Below, piece by piece: positions 38,026-47,759 of a stretch of DNA of 48,848 bases. The stretch is taken from the NCBI GenBank assembly GCA_030037395.1, contig JASHRJ010000110.1, positions 1 through 48,848 of the forward strand. The letters run 5' to 3'. Positions within the stretch are counted from its first letter, which is position 1. Each line of letters begins with the position of its first letter. The position numbers were made by a program, and so were the translations under genes. The stretch comes from Thermoplasmata archaeon. Lineage in GTDB: Archaea > Thermoplasmatota > Thermoplasmata > Lutacidiplasmatales > UBA184. The notes below the pieces were generated by a model. That model saw only the letters and a program-made list of their open reading frames with translations, did not search any database and was not told the origin of the DNA.

Positions 38026-38754
38026 ATGCCGCCCCGGGGTCGGGGGAGCTCGCCCCCGGTCGTGGTCTCGGTCGGCGGCTCCGTGTTTCTCAGCGGGGAG
38101 GACGACGCGAAGTACCTCCAGGAGCTCTCCGACCTGCTCGTGCGGGTCGGCCGGAGCACGCCGCTGGTCGTGACCGTGGGGGGAGGCCGGACGGCCCGCG
38201 CCTACATCCGTCTCGGCCGCGCGCTCGGACTCACGGACGTGGAGCTCGACGAGCTCGGGATCGACGTGACCCGGATCCACGCGCGCCTCCTCGCGGGTCG
38301 GATCGGCCTGCCGACCCCGTCGCACCCTCCGGCGTCGGTCCGGGAGGCGGTAGAGGCGGTCCGGCACGCGTCCCCGGTGGTGCTGGGAGGCACCGAGCCC
38401 GGTCACACGACGGACGCGGTCGCCGCGCTGATCGCCGTGCGCCTGCGGGCGGCACGGGTGGTCAACGCCACCGACGTCGACGGGGTCTACGACGCAGACC
38501 CCCGGACCACCCCCGGTGCCCGGCGCTGGGAGCGGAGCTCGTGGCCCGCGTTCCTGCGGATCGTCGGAGCGACCACGTCCGACGCGCCGGGGCAGCGGTT
38601 CCCTTTCGATCGGTTGGGAGCGGAGGCGCTCGCCCGCGCAGGGATCCCCTTGGCGGTCGTCGCGGGCCGTGACCTCGGGAACCTCGAGGCGGCGATCGGC
38701 GGCCGCCCGTTCGTCGGGACCCTGGTGAGCGGCCAGGACGGTGGTCCGACCTGA
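38026..38754 (+). CDS. pyrH: UMP kinase (archaeal type)
   Basis: SVGGSV, VGGGRTARAYI, DELGI..TR..A, GGTEPGHTTDAVAA, TDVDGVY..DP. Confidence 0.95.
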   Translation: MPPRGRGSSPPVVVSVGGSVFLSGEDDAKYLQELSDLLVRVGRSTPLVVTVGGGRTARAYIRLGRALGLTDVELDELGIDVTRIHARLLAGRIGLPTPSHPPASVREAVEAVRHASPVVLGGTEPGHTTDAVAALIAVRLRAARVVNATDVDGVYDADPRTTPGARRWERSSWPAFLRIVGATTSDAPGQRFPFDRLGAEALARAGIPLAVVAGRDLGNLEAAIGGRPFVGTLVSGQDGGPT

Positions 38755-39410
38755 TCGGCCCGACGGGCCGCCCCCCGCGCCGCCTCGTGTTCTTGGGGCC
38801 GCCGGGAGCCGGCAAGGGGACGCAGGCGGTCCGGCTGGCCCGGGCCCGGCACCTCGCGCACCTGTCGACCGGCGACCTCCTCCGTGCGGCGGTCGCCGAG
38901 GGGACACCGCTCGGGCGCGCGGCCGACGCCCACATCCGGGCTGGCCGCCTCGTGCCAGACGACCTGGTCTTGGGGGCCTTGCGGGAGCGGATCGGGCGGT
39001 CGGACGCCCGGGCCGGGTTCGTCCTGGACGGGTTCCCGCGTACGCTTGCGCAGGCCCGGGCGCTCGACGCGATGGCGGAGCTCGACGCCGTCGTCTCGTT
39101 CGAGCTGCCGGAGCCGGTGCTGCTCGAGCGGCTGGCCGGCCGTCGGATCTGCCCGAAGTGCGGCGCGGTCTACCATGTGTCGGCGAGCCCCCCGCGGGAG
39201 CCGGGACGATGCGACCGGGACGGCGTCGAGCTTCGGCAACGACCGGACGACCGGCCGGAGGCGGTGTCCGTCCGGCTGCGGGTGTACGCCGAGCAGACCG
39301 AGCCGGTCCTCGCCTACTACCGGGAGCGCGGGCTGCTCCGCCCGCTGGACGCCTCGGGCTCGACCGACGAGGTCGCTCGGCGCTTGACCGCCCTGCTGGA
39401 GGGGGAGTAG
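38751..39410 (+). CDS. adk: Adenylate kinase (bacterial-type, zinc lid)
   Basis: RLVFLGPPGAGKGTQA, HLSTGDLLR, LDGFPRT, CPKC...CDRD, QRPDD. Start is either CTG 38751 or GTG 38787. Confidence 0.95.
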   Translation: MIGPTGRPPRRLVFLGPPGAGKGTQAVRLARARHLAHLSTGDLLRAAVAEGTPLGRAADAHIRAGRLVPDDLVLGALRERIGRSDARAGFVLDGFPRTLAQARALDAMAELDAVVSFELPEPVLLERLAGRRICPKCGAVYHVSASPPREPGRCDRDGVELRQRPDDRPEAVSVRLRVYAEQTEPVLAYYRERGLLRPLDASGSTDEVARRLTALLEGE

Positions 39411-39523
39411 CCCGCGGCGGGTCGGCCCGCCCCCGCCGTCCCCCGCTGGGGGCCGCTCACCCCGGGGGGTGGCGTAGACCCACAACGGCAAGTTTATAGG
39501 CCGACCCCGGGTGGGAAGGCCAT

Positions 39524-39631
39524 CCCGGCTTAGCTCAGTGGTAGAGCGGGGGACTGTAGGCGAGTCTGCCGGAACCTCCGGCGGCCCCCGTGGAGATCCT
39601 CAGGTCGCCTGTTCGAGTCAGGCAGCCGGGA
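39524..39631 (+). tRNA. tRNA-Tyr(GTA) with a 36-nt intron at 37/38 (39560-39595)
   Basis: CCCGGCT/AGCCGGG acceptor with C1-G72 and A73; GGGGA-CTGTAG[intron]A-TCCTC; GTTCGAGTC; TTTATA at 39493. Confidence 0.94.
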
Positions 39632-39709
39632 CCTGACGGCCTTGGCCGGAGCGCCCCGGAGCCTGATATGCCGGCCGCGCGTGCTCCGGCCGGTCGCGTG
39701 GCGGTCCCC

Positions 39710-40576
39710 GTGGCAGGCACGTTCTCCGATTCCTGGAAGCTCACCAAGACGTCGTTCCGGCTGATCTTCGAGGACCGGGCCCTCCTGGTCTTCCCGCTCG
39801 TGGCCGGGCTTGCCATCCTCGGTGTGCTCGCGCTCCTGCTCGTCGGGGAGTACGCTCTGTTCCGGCCCGGCAGCGGGATCGCCAGCGGAAGCGGTCCGGT
39901 CGAGGCGGCCGGGGTGGTCGTCTTCCTCCTTGCCTACTTCGCGATGACGTTCCTCTCCGTCTACGGCACGGCGGCGTTGATCGGCGCGGCGACCCTGAAG
40001 CTCGGCGGCCAGCAGCCGACCGCGTCCGACGGGTGGAAGATCGCCCGGGCGCGGATCGGCCGCCTCCTCCTCTGGGCGCTCCTCACGGCGACCGTCGGCC
40101 TCCTGATCCAGGCGATCGCGAGCCGGGTGCGCGGGATCGGCGGGCTCCTGATCGGCGCCGTCGGCGGGGTCACCTGGGCGATCGCGACGTACTTCATGAT
40201 CCCGATCCTGATCTACGAGGACCAGCGGCCGTGGCCGGCGCTGAAGAGGTCGGCCCACCTGTTCACCTCCAGCTTCGGCCGCACGCTCGTGACGAACCTC
40301 GTCCTGGCCCTGCTCCTCGGGGTGGGGATCGTCGCCGCGGTGATTGTCGCCGTGGTAGGGCTCGTCTTCCTGTTCGGCGGCACCCTCGCCCTCGGCCTTG
40401 CGTTCCTGGGGGTCGGCATCGCCGTGGCGGTCGTGGTCGCGCTGATCGGGGCCGCCGCGGAGGGGATCCTGCGCGCGGCCTTGTACCGGTACGCGACGAC
40501 CGGCAAGATCGACCCGGATCTTCTGCCGTCGGCCTACCGCGCGTCGGCGACCGGCCCGGCGCCCCCGCTCCCGTAA
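39710..40576 (+). CDS. Membrane protein (DUF6159-like)
   Basis: FSDSWKLTKTSF.LI.EDR.LLVFP, W...TYF..P....E, ALKRS..LF, ALYRYA. Alternative ATG 39668. Confidence 0.75.
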   Translation: MAGTFSDSWKLTKTSFRLIFEDRALLVFPLVAGLAILGVLALLLVGEYALFRPGSGIASGSGPVEAAGVVVFLLAYFAMTFLSVYGTAALIGAATLKLGGQQPTASDGWKIARARIGRLLLWALLTATVGLLIQAIASRVRGIGGLLIGAVGGVTWAIATYFMIPILIYEDQRPWPALKRSAHLFTSSFGRTLVTNLVLALLLGVGIVAAVIVAVVGLVFLFGGTLALGLAFLGVGIAVAVVVALIGAAAEGILRAALYRYATTGKIDPDLLPSAYRASATGPAPPLP

Positions 40577-40609
40577 CGGGGGCGGCTACGCGGCCCTCGC
40601 GGCTCCCGA

Positions 40610-40681
40610 TGCGGTTGTCGGGATTCGAACCCGAGTAGGTAGCTTGGGAAGCTACCGTCCTAACCACTAGACCACAACCGC
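40610..40681 (-). tRNA. tRNA-Gly(CCC)
   Basis: Reverse complement GCGGTTGTGGTCTAGTGGTTAGGACGGTAGCTTCCCAAGCTACCTACTCGGGTTCGAATCCCGACAACCGCA. Confidence 0.96.
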
Positions 40682-40730
40682 GCGCGGTCCGGGCAGTCGG
40701 CCCGGCAGATACCGTTTTGCGCCGTGACCG

Positions 40731-41219
40731 TCAGAGAAGCAGCCCGACCGACTCGCCCGGGATCGACGGGGCGCTCGCGAGAAGGTCCCCGTTGGACACG
40801 AGCCCCTCCGCAGCGCGGCTCACGAACCCGGCCCGCTGCAAGAGCCGGCGGGTGCGCGCAAGGTCGGTGGACGAGAGCGCGACCAGCGGCTGGTTGCCGT
40901 CTCGGGCGACAAGGATGGCGACGCTCTGGATGTTGACCTTCTCCCGGGCGAGGACCTCCAGGACCCGCAGGAAGCTGCCGGCGCGGTCCTCGAGGCGAAC
41001 GGCGAGCATCTCCCGGACCTCAGGGGCATAGCCGGCCTGCGCGAGGAGCGCCATCGCCCGGTCCGGGTCGCTGACGATGAGCCGGAGGCTCCCGCGACCG
41101 GCGGCAGCGTCGGCGCTGATCGCCGCGAGGTTGATCCTCTCGCGCGCCAACGCCCGGGCGACGCCCGCCAGCGCGCCCGGCCGGTTCGGCAACGACAGCA
41201 GGATCTCCCGCAGGACCAT
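40731..41219 (-). CDS. Tandem ACT domain protein
   Basis: LPNRPGALA.V...LA...INL and LEDRAGSF..VL..LA...VNI repeats. Confidence 0.9.
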   Translation of the reverse strand: MVLREILLSLPNRPGALAGVARALARERINLAAISADAAAGRGSLRLIVSDPDRAMALLAQAGYAPEVREMLAVRLEDRAGSFLRVLEVLAREKVNIQSVAILVARDGNQPLVALSSTDLARTRRLLQRAGFVSRAAEGLVSNGDLLASAPSIPGESVGLLL

Positions 41220-41351
41220 CCGGGGCGCTCGAACGGACCGTCGGACTATACGTTCTCCGCCGGAGCGGCGTCTCGGTCGGGCACCTATTTATACCTCAAC
41301 CGAACCTAAGAACCGCTGCCGCGAGGGGCGAGAGCTCTCGGACGGCAGCGG

Positions 41352-42398
41352 ATGGGGGAGAGCAGGCTCGCGCGGTCGCGGTCCGGCCTTCGCCGCCCCC
41401 GTCGGCTGCGCCGGGGGCGGCGCGGGGTCGTCGCGGTCGTCGGGACGCTGCTGGCGCTGCTCGTGTTCTTCGCGCTGTTCGGGGTGTTCCTCACGCAGTA
41501 CCTTCCGCTCTGGATGACCGACAACGAGAGCCAGCTCTCCAACGAAGCGCAGGGGTCCCTCGCCGCTCTCAAGAACGGGATCGACCTGCAGTACGCGCTC
41601 GGGACGATCCCGATCCTCTCCGTCCCGTTCACGATCAGCTCGGCGAGCGTCCCGCTGCTCGCCCAGCCGACCGAAGGGACCCTCTCCTACCTTACCGGCT
41701 GTCCTTCCGGCTTCTATCCCGGCAACGGTACGCCGGTCGTGCCCGGCTCGTGCTCGTACGCGCGGATCACCTACACGGTCGGTGGTGGTGCCGTCCGGAA
41801 CAACCCGTACGTCGGCTCGGCGCCGTCGAACATCCTGACGTTCTCCCTTCCCAACCGCTACTACACGCCGATCACGTACTACCTCGAGGAGGACGCCGTG
41901 GAGGCGTCGCAGGGCGGGGGCCACCAGCTGATGGTGCTGCCTCCGCCGATCAACGTCAGCAAGACCGACGGCAACGTCACGGTGACCTCGAGCCTGGTGG
42001 ACCTGCTCGGCAACGCATCGACCTACACCGGCCTTGGCTCTAAGGACGTGACGAGCCACCTGGTGTCGAGCTCCCGCATCACGTCGACCGACCGGTTCCT
42101 GAACGGTCCGACCTGCGCTACGAACCTCTCGAGCTGCGTCGCCATGTCGTTCAACGTGACGATCACCCTCGGGGTCCACAGCGTCTGCGCCTGGTACAAC
42201 TATCTCGCGAACGTCACCGTGGGCTCGGGCGCCTCGTCGACCGTCTCCGGCTCGTGGGGCTCCGGTGCGCCGTCGTCGACGGTGTGCACCGCGTCGACCA
42301 CCCAGACCTACGACCTCACCCTCACGCTCCTGAACGTGGACTACGCCACGACGTTCGTCGCGCAGGACCAGCTCGGGTTCAACGCCGGAGGTCTGTAG
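41352..42398 (+). CDS. Large archaeal type IV pilin-like protein (class III signal peptide)
   Basis: Basic leader ...RRGRRG|VVAVVGTLLALLVFFALF, then a Ser/Thr/Asn-rich beta domain with Cys pairs; first gene of the T4P operon; TATTTATA at about 41286. Confidence 0.78.
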   Translation: MGESRLARSRSGLRRPRRLRRGRRGVVAVVGTLLALLVFFALFGVFLTQYLPLWMTDNESQLSNEAQGSLAALKNGIDLQYALGTIPILSVPFTISSASVPLLAQPTEGTLSYLTGCPSGFYPGNGTPVVPGSCSYARITYTVGGGAVRNNPYVGSAPSNILTFSLPNRYYTPITYYLEEDAVEASQGGGHQLMVLPPPINVSKTDGNVTVTSSLVDLLGNASTYTGLGSKDVTSHLVSSSRITSTDRFLNGPTCATNLSSCVAMSFNVTITLGVHSVCAWYNYLANVTVGSGASSTVSGSWGSGAPSSTVCTASTTQTYDLTLTLLNVDYATTFVAQDQLGFNAGGL

Positions 42399-42404
42399 GC
42401 TGCC

Positions 42405-44072
42405 GTGTCGAGCTCGTCGTTCCGGGTGAAGATCCCTCGCTCCGCGGGCGGCGAGGGGGCCTCGCCGGGGCCCCCGGCGCCGACGGACGGTGGGTCCCCG
42501 ACGGACCTCCCGGGCACGTTCATCACCGCGATCCCGGCGCTGGCCGGGCCCGAGGTCCGCGAGCTGCAGGTCCGTCCGGTGAGCCCGCCGTACTCGTACG
42601 CGCGGGTCACCTACAACGAGAAGACGAAGGAGTTCGTCTACGAGGTGATCGAGCCGCAACTGTCGGCGCACGAGCGGCAGCTCGTCGCCCACCTCAAGGA
42701 GACCCTGACCAAGATCATCGGCGCCGACATCACGACGCTCTCCGGCACGGACAAGCGAGCGTACCTCCGCGGAGAGGCGGAGGGGTACTTCCGGTCCCGC
42801 GGGGTGCCGCTCAGTCCGCTGTCGCTCGAGCGGATCGTCTACTACGTCCTCCGGGACTTCGTCGGGTACGGCCCGGCCGACGCCCTGATCCTGGATCCGG
42901 AGGTGGAGGACATCTCCTGCGACGGGGTCGGCGTTCCGCTGTTCGTCTTCCACTCGAAGTTCGAGTCGGTGAAGTCGAACGTCGTCTTCGAGGACGAGGA
43001 CTCGTTGAACTCGTTCATCGTGATGCTCGGCCAGCGGTGTCTGAAGTCGGTCAGCGTCTCCGCACCGATCCTCGACGGGACCACGCCCGAGGGCCACCGG
43101 GTCCAGGCGACGTACGCGCGCGAGGTGACGACCCGCGGGGCGTCGTTCACGATCCGGCGGTTCAAGGAGCGACCGTTCACGCCGGTCGATCTCATCGCGA
43201 TGGGCAGCGCGAGCGACGAGATGGTCGCCTACTTCTGGCTGGCGGCCGAGCAGGGGGAGTCCCTGATCATCTGCGGCGGCCCGGCCTCGGGCAAGACGAG
43301 CACGCTCAACGCGATCGCGCTGTTCATTCCCCCGACCTCGAAGATCGTCTCGATCGAGGACACCCGCGAGGTGAACCTGCCGCACGAGAACTGGATCCCC
43401 GGCGCGACGCGGAGCGGCACCGGCGACCGCGGACCCGACGGGAAGGCGGCCGGCGAGGTGGACATGTTCGACCTGGTCCGGGCCGCGCTGCGGCAGCGGC
43501 CGAACTACATCATCGTGGGGGAGGTCCGCGGCAAGGAGACCTACACGATGTTCCAGGCGATGGCGACCGGTCACACGACCTACTCGACGATGCACGCCGA
43601 CAGCGTGAAGTCGATGGTCAACCGCCTGGAGAACCCGCCGATCAACACGCCGCGGATCCTGCTCAGCGCGCTCAACAACGTCGTGATCCAGCTGCAGACC
43701 CGGACCGACAAGGGGGTCGTCCGGCGCCTCAAGCAGGTCCTCGAGATTGTCGGCTTCGAGCCCGAGACGAACGAGCTGATCACGAACACCGTCTACGAGT
43801 GGGACCCGGCGACCGACGGCTTCGTGTTCAAGGGCCACTCGTTCCTGTTCGACAAGATCATGGAGCTCCGCAACTACACCGCCGACGAGATGGACGCGGA
43901 GTTCCGCCGGCGGACCGAGGTGATCCGCTACCTCGTCGACCACAAGATCAACGACTATCGGCAGCTCTGGCAGACGATCGCGCAGTACTACAAGGACCCG
44001 GCGGAAGTCATGGCGCGCGTCCACCCGGCGGGCGCGGCCGGGGCCGCGCCCCCGGCGGCTAAGGGAGGGTAG
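42405..44072 (+). CDS. Type II/IV secretion (PilB/FlaI-like) ATPase 1
   Basis: Y.VIEP, VEDISCDG, FTIRRF, GGPASGKTS, SIEDTRE, LRQRPNYIIVGEVRG, QAMATGH..STMHA. Confidence 0.96.
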   Translation: MSSSSFRVKIPRSAGGEGASPGPPAPTDGGSPTDLPGTFITAIPALAGPEVRELQVRPVSPPYSYARVTYNEKTKEFVYEVIEPQLSAHERQLVAHLKETLTKIIGADITTLSGTDKRAYLRGEAEGYFRSRGVPLSPLSLERIVYYVLRDFVGYGPADALILDPEVEDISCDGVGVPLFVFHSKFESVKSNVVFEDEDSLNSFIVMLGQRCLKSVSVSAPILDGTTPEGHRVQATYAREVTTRGASFTIRRFKERPFTPVDLIAMGSASDEMVAYFWLAAEQGESLIICGGPASGKTSTLNAIALFIPPTSKIVSIEDTREVNLPHENWIPGATRSGTGDRGPDGKAAGEVDMFDLVRAALRQRPNYIIVGEVRGKETYTMFQAMATGHTTYSTMHADSVKSMVNRLENPPINTPRILLSALNNVVIQLQTRTDKGVVRRLKQVLEIVGFEPETNELITNTVYEWDPATDGFVFKGHSFLFDKIMELRNYTADEMDAEFRRRTEVIRYLVDHKINDYRQLWQTIAQYYKDPAEVMARVHPAGAAGAAPPAAKGG

Positions 44073-44074
44073 CG

Positions 44075-45034
44075 GTGGCGACCACGCACGTCCGCATCGC
44101 CCGCGCCGAACCGGCGGGCCGCCCGATCCGGGTGAAGCGCGGCGAGCAGCCGATCCCCTCCAGCCTCACGGCGTTCGAGCGGTGGGCCTGGAGGACGTTC
44201 GGCGCCCGCGTCCGGGCGAAGGAGCCCAACCTCGTCCTCGAGGACAACCTGGTCAAGGCCCACATGCGCGTGCGCGCCGACGAGTACTTGGCGGGCGTCT
44301 ACGCCACGACCGTCCTGGTCGCGATCGGGACGGCGGTCGTCGGCGTCGCCGGCGGGCTCTACTTCCTCCTCGCCCACGTCCTGCTCTTCGGCGCGCTCCT
44401 CTTCCTCCTGCCGGTGATCGCGACCCCGGCGGCGTTCTTCCTGCTCCAGTCGACCCCCGGCTCCCGGGCCACCGACCGGGGCCGCAAGATCGACCGTAAG
44501 ATCGGACCGGCGATGAGCTTCGTCTCGGCGATGAGCTCGGCCGACGTGAACGTCGACCAGATCTTCAAGGAGCTCGGCCGCCAGAAGATCTACGGCGAGG
44601 TCGCGGAGGAGGCGGCCTGGATCACCCGCGACACGGAGCTGCTGGGCGTCGACATCCTGACCGCGATCCGCCGCGGAGCGCAGCGCACCCCGTCCAAGAA
44701 GTTCCAGGACTTCCTGCAGGGGGTCGTCACCACCGCGACCAGCGGGGGCCAGCTGAAGCCGTACTTCCTGCTGAAGGCCGAGCAGTTCGAGCGCGAGCAC
44801 AAGCTCGAGATCCAGCAGCGCGTTGAGACGATGGGGCTTCTCGCGGAGACGTTCGTCACGGTGGTCGTCGCCTTCCCGCTGTTCCTCGTGATCATCATCG
44901 CGATCTTCGCGATCATCGGCGGGGGTGGGTCGTTCATGCTCGACATCCTCTGGGCGATCGTCGGCGCGATGATCCCGCTCTCGCAGCTCGGGTTCATTTT
45001 CTTCATGTACTCGCTCTCCCAGGAGATGATGTAG
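44075..45034 (+). CDS. Type II secretion F / TadC-like membrane platform protein 1
   Basis: YGEVAEE, LLGVDI..A, TPS..F..FL.G......SGG.L..Y; TM segments. Confidence 0.92.
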   Translation: MATTHVRIARAEPAGRPIRVKRGEQPIPSSLTAFERWAWRTFGARVRAKEPNLVLEDNLVKAHMRVRADEYLAGVYATTVLVAIGTAVVGVAGGLYFLLAHVLLFGALLFLLPVIATPAAFFLLQSTPGSRATDRGRKIDRKIGPAMSFVSAMSSADVNVDQIFKELGRQKIYGEVAEEAAWITRDTELLGVDILTAIRRGAQRTPSKKFQDFLQGVVTTATSGGQLKPYFLLKAEQFEREHKLEIQQRVETMGLLAETFVTVVVAFPLFLVIIIAIFAIIGGGGSFMLDILWAIVGAMIPLSQLGFIFFMYSLSQEMM

Positions 45035-45036
45035 CC

Positions 45037-46005
45037 ATGGCGACGGCCACCGCCCCGGCCTCGGTCCGGCGCGTGCGGGAGCTCGCCGCCGGCCCGACGG
45101 CCGAGTCCCGCGGGCTCAGCCGGGAGATCGTCTGCCTGATCGGCGGGGCGGTCGCCGCCGTCGCGCTGTGGGTCGTCGCCGCCCTGAACTACACGGGGAC
45201 GCTCTCGATCCAGCTGCGCCCCGGCGAGGGGGCGGGCACGAACCCGATGCTCGACTTCCTCGTGCTCGGGCTCCTCTGCCTCATCGCGCCGTACGGGTTC
45301 GCGATGAGCGAGAAGCAGCGGCGGATCGGGAAGATCGAGGACCGCCTCCCGGACTTCCTGCGGGACGTCGCGGAGGCCGGCCGCTTCGGGATGACCCTCT
45401 CGGACGCGATCGTCGTCGCGAGCACCGGCCGCTACGGGCTCCTGACGGACGAGATCAAGAAGATGGCCAGCCAGCTCGAGTGGGGCGTCCCCGTCGCGAC
45501 CGCGCTCCGGCTGTTCGAGGAGCGCGTCCCGACGCCGCTCGTGCAGCGGGTCGTCTCCATCGTCACCCGGGCGAACGAGGCGGGCGGGAGCGTCGCGGAC
45601 GTGCTCTCGATGGTCGCCCACGACACCCGGGAGGCGCAGCTCTCCGAGCAGTCCCGCCGGATCTCGATGCTGACGTACGTGACGGTGATCTACATCGCGT
45701 TCTTCGTGTTCATCGTCACCGTCTACATCATGGCGGCGATTTTCCTGCCGCAGATGATCGTCGCAGGCGAGGGGGTCAGCTCGTCGAACCTCGGCTCCGT
45801 GGGCGGCGTCTCGATCCAGTTCGCCTACGTGCCGATCCTGTTCCTCGCGTTCTTGGTCGCCGTCATCGTGCACGCGGTCGGCGACGGCATCATGGCCGGC
45901 GTCCTCTACAACGGGCGGCTGGCGGAGGGGCTGCAGCACGCGACGATCATGCTGTCGGTCGGCTGGCTGATGATGCGCTTCTTCGTGCCGATCCTGCACA
46001 CCTAG
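45037..46005 (+). CDS. Type II secretion F / TadC-like membrane platform protein 2
   Basis: IEDRLPDFLRDVAE..R.GMTL..A, YG.LT.EI, WG...AL..F, GG....L. Confidence 0.92.
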   Translation: MATATAPASVRRVRELAAGPTAESRGLSREIVCLIGGAVAAVALWVVAALNYTGTLSIQLRPGEGAGTNPMLDFLVLGLLCLIAPYGFAMSEKQRRIGKIEDRLPDFLRDVAEAGRFGMTLSDAIVVASTGRYGLLTDEIKKMASQLEWGVPVATALRLFEERVPTPLVQRVVSIVTRANEAGGSVADVLSMVAHDTREAQLSEQSRRISMLTYVTVIYIAFFVFIVTVYIMAAIFLPQMIVAGEGVSSSNLGSVGGVSIQFAYVPILFLAFLVAVIVHAVGDGIMAGVLYNGRLAEGLQHATIMLSVGWLMMRFFVPILHT

Positions 46006-46012
46006 AGGGACG

Positions 46013-47758
46013 ATGGCCGGCGGAACCGATACCGAAAGCCCGTCCGCGGACGACCCCACGGGCGCACCGGCGACGAAGGCCGGGCGGCCGTTCTTCAACC
46101 CGTGGCTCCGGCTCGGCGCGGCGCTCCGGCACGGCTCGGCGGGCCCGCGACCCGTCAAGCTCGCGCGCCTCGGCGTCTCCGGCCAGGGCTCCGGCGAGGT
46201 GACGCCGATCCCGCCGCTCGACGACCCGGCGGTCCAGCAGCTCGAGCTCGTCCCGATCCTGCCGGGGTTCTCGTTCGTCCGCATCTCCTACCACACGCAT
46301 CGCAACGAGCACCTGTACGAGGTGATCGAGCCGCCGCTCTCGCCGCTCGAGCGGGACCTCACGACGCGGCTGCGCGCGGCCCTGATCTCGGAGTTCGAGC
46401 CGCTCCCCGAGCACGACGCCGAGACGAAGGCGAACGAGCTCCGCAAGATGGTCGATCGGATGCTGGCGGCCTGGCAGCTCTCGCCGGGGCCGACGACGAA
46501 GGGACGGATCCTCTACCACCTCGACCGGGACTTCATCGGCTACGGACGGGTCGAGGTGCCGATGGTCGACAGCGAGGTCGAGGACATCTCGTGCGACGGG
46601 GTCGGGATCCCGCTGTACATCTACCATCGGAAGTACGGCTCGATCCGCTCGAACCTCAAGTTCACGAGCGCCGAGGAACTCGACGACTACGTCATCTGGC
46701 TGGCCCAGCGCTCGGGCAAGCACATCTCCGTCGCCAATCCGATCCTGGACGCCACGGTGCCGGACGGCTCGCGGCTGCAGGCGACGCTCGGCAAGCACGT
46801 CACCAAGCGCGGCAGCTCGTTCACGATCCGGCGGTTCCGGGACAACCCGTTCACTCCGGTCGACCTGCTGAAGTTCCGCACGATGAGCCCCGAGATGATG
46901 GCGTACCTGTGGATCGCCATCGAGACCGGGCAGTCGATGATGGTGTGCGGCGGCACCGCGAGCGGCAAGACGACCACCCTCAACGCGACCCTGCTGTTCA
47001 TCCCGCCGCAGATGAAGATCGTCTCGATCGAGGACACGCGCGAGCTGAACCTGCCGCACGAGAACTGGGTCCCGTCGCTCACGCGGGGCGGCTACGGCAC
47101 GAAGAACGCCGTGAGCGGCAAGGCCCCGGGCGAGATCGACATGTTCGACCTCCTCGCGGCCGCGCTCCGCCAGCGGCCGCAGTACCTGATGGTCGGGGAG
47201 GTCCGGGGCGCGGAGGCGTTCATCGTGTTCCAGGCGATGGCGACCGGCAAGACCTGCTACACGACGTTCCACGCGGAGAGCGTGAGCGCGATGGTCCACC
47301 GCATGGAGAACCCGCCGATCTCGCTCCCCCGCTCGCTGGTCTCCGCCCTCAACCTCGTGCTGCTCCAGCGGCAGGTGAAGGTCGGGCAGAAGATGACCCG
47401 CCGGGTCCAATCGCTCACGGAGATCGTGGGCCTCGACCCCGAGACCAACGAGCTGATCACGAACTCCGTCTACTCGTGGAACCCGGCCGACGACACGTTC
47501 CTGTTCTCGGGCCACTCGTACATCTACGAGCGGGTCGCGCTGATGCGGAACTGGACGATGAAGGAGATGGAGCGCGAGGTTCGCAACCGCGTCGAGATGC
47601 TGGACGCGATGATGTCCCGCGACGCTCGGGCGACCCGCCAGCACCCCTACACGCACCGCGACGTCGGCCAGATGGTCTCCTTCTACTACAAGGAACCCGA
47701 GAAGGCGCTCGCCGAGGCGCAGGCGGAGCTCGCGCGGAACCCGCGGCCCCCGCGGTAG
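46013..47758 (+). CDS. Type II/IV secretion (PilB/FlaI-like) ATPase 2
   Basis: GGTASGKTT, SIEDTRE, LRQRPQYLMVGEVRG, QAMATGK..TTFHA; paralog of 42405..44072. Confidence 0.96.
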   Translation: MAGGTDTESPSADDPTGAPATKAGRPFFNPWLRLGAALRHGSAGPRPVKLARLGVSGQGSGEVTPIPPLDDPAVQQLELVPILPGFSFVRISYHTHRNEHLYEVIEPPLSPLERDLTTRLRAALISEFEPLPEHDAETKANELRKMVDRMLAAWQLSPGPTTKGRILYHLDRDFIGYGRVEVPMVDSEVEDISCDGVGIPLYIYHRKYGSIRSNLKFTSAEELDDYVIWLAQRSGKHISVANPILDATVPDGSRLQATLGKHVTKRGSSFTIRRFRDNPFTPVDLLKFRTMSPEMMAYLWIAIETGQSMMVCGGTASGKTTTLNATLLFIPPQMKIVSIEDTRELNLPHENWVPSLTRGGYGTKNAVSGKAPGEIDMFDLLAAALRQRPQYLMVGEVRGAEAFIVFQAMATGKTCYTTFHAESVSAMVHRMENPPISLPRSLVSALNLVLLQRQVKVGQKMTRRVQSLTEIVGLDPETNELITNSVYSWNPADDTFLFSGHSYIYERVALMRNWTMKEMEREVRNRVEMLDAMMSRDARATRQHPYTHRDVGQMVSFYYKEPEKALAEAQAELARNPRPPR

Positions 47759-47759
47759 C

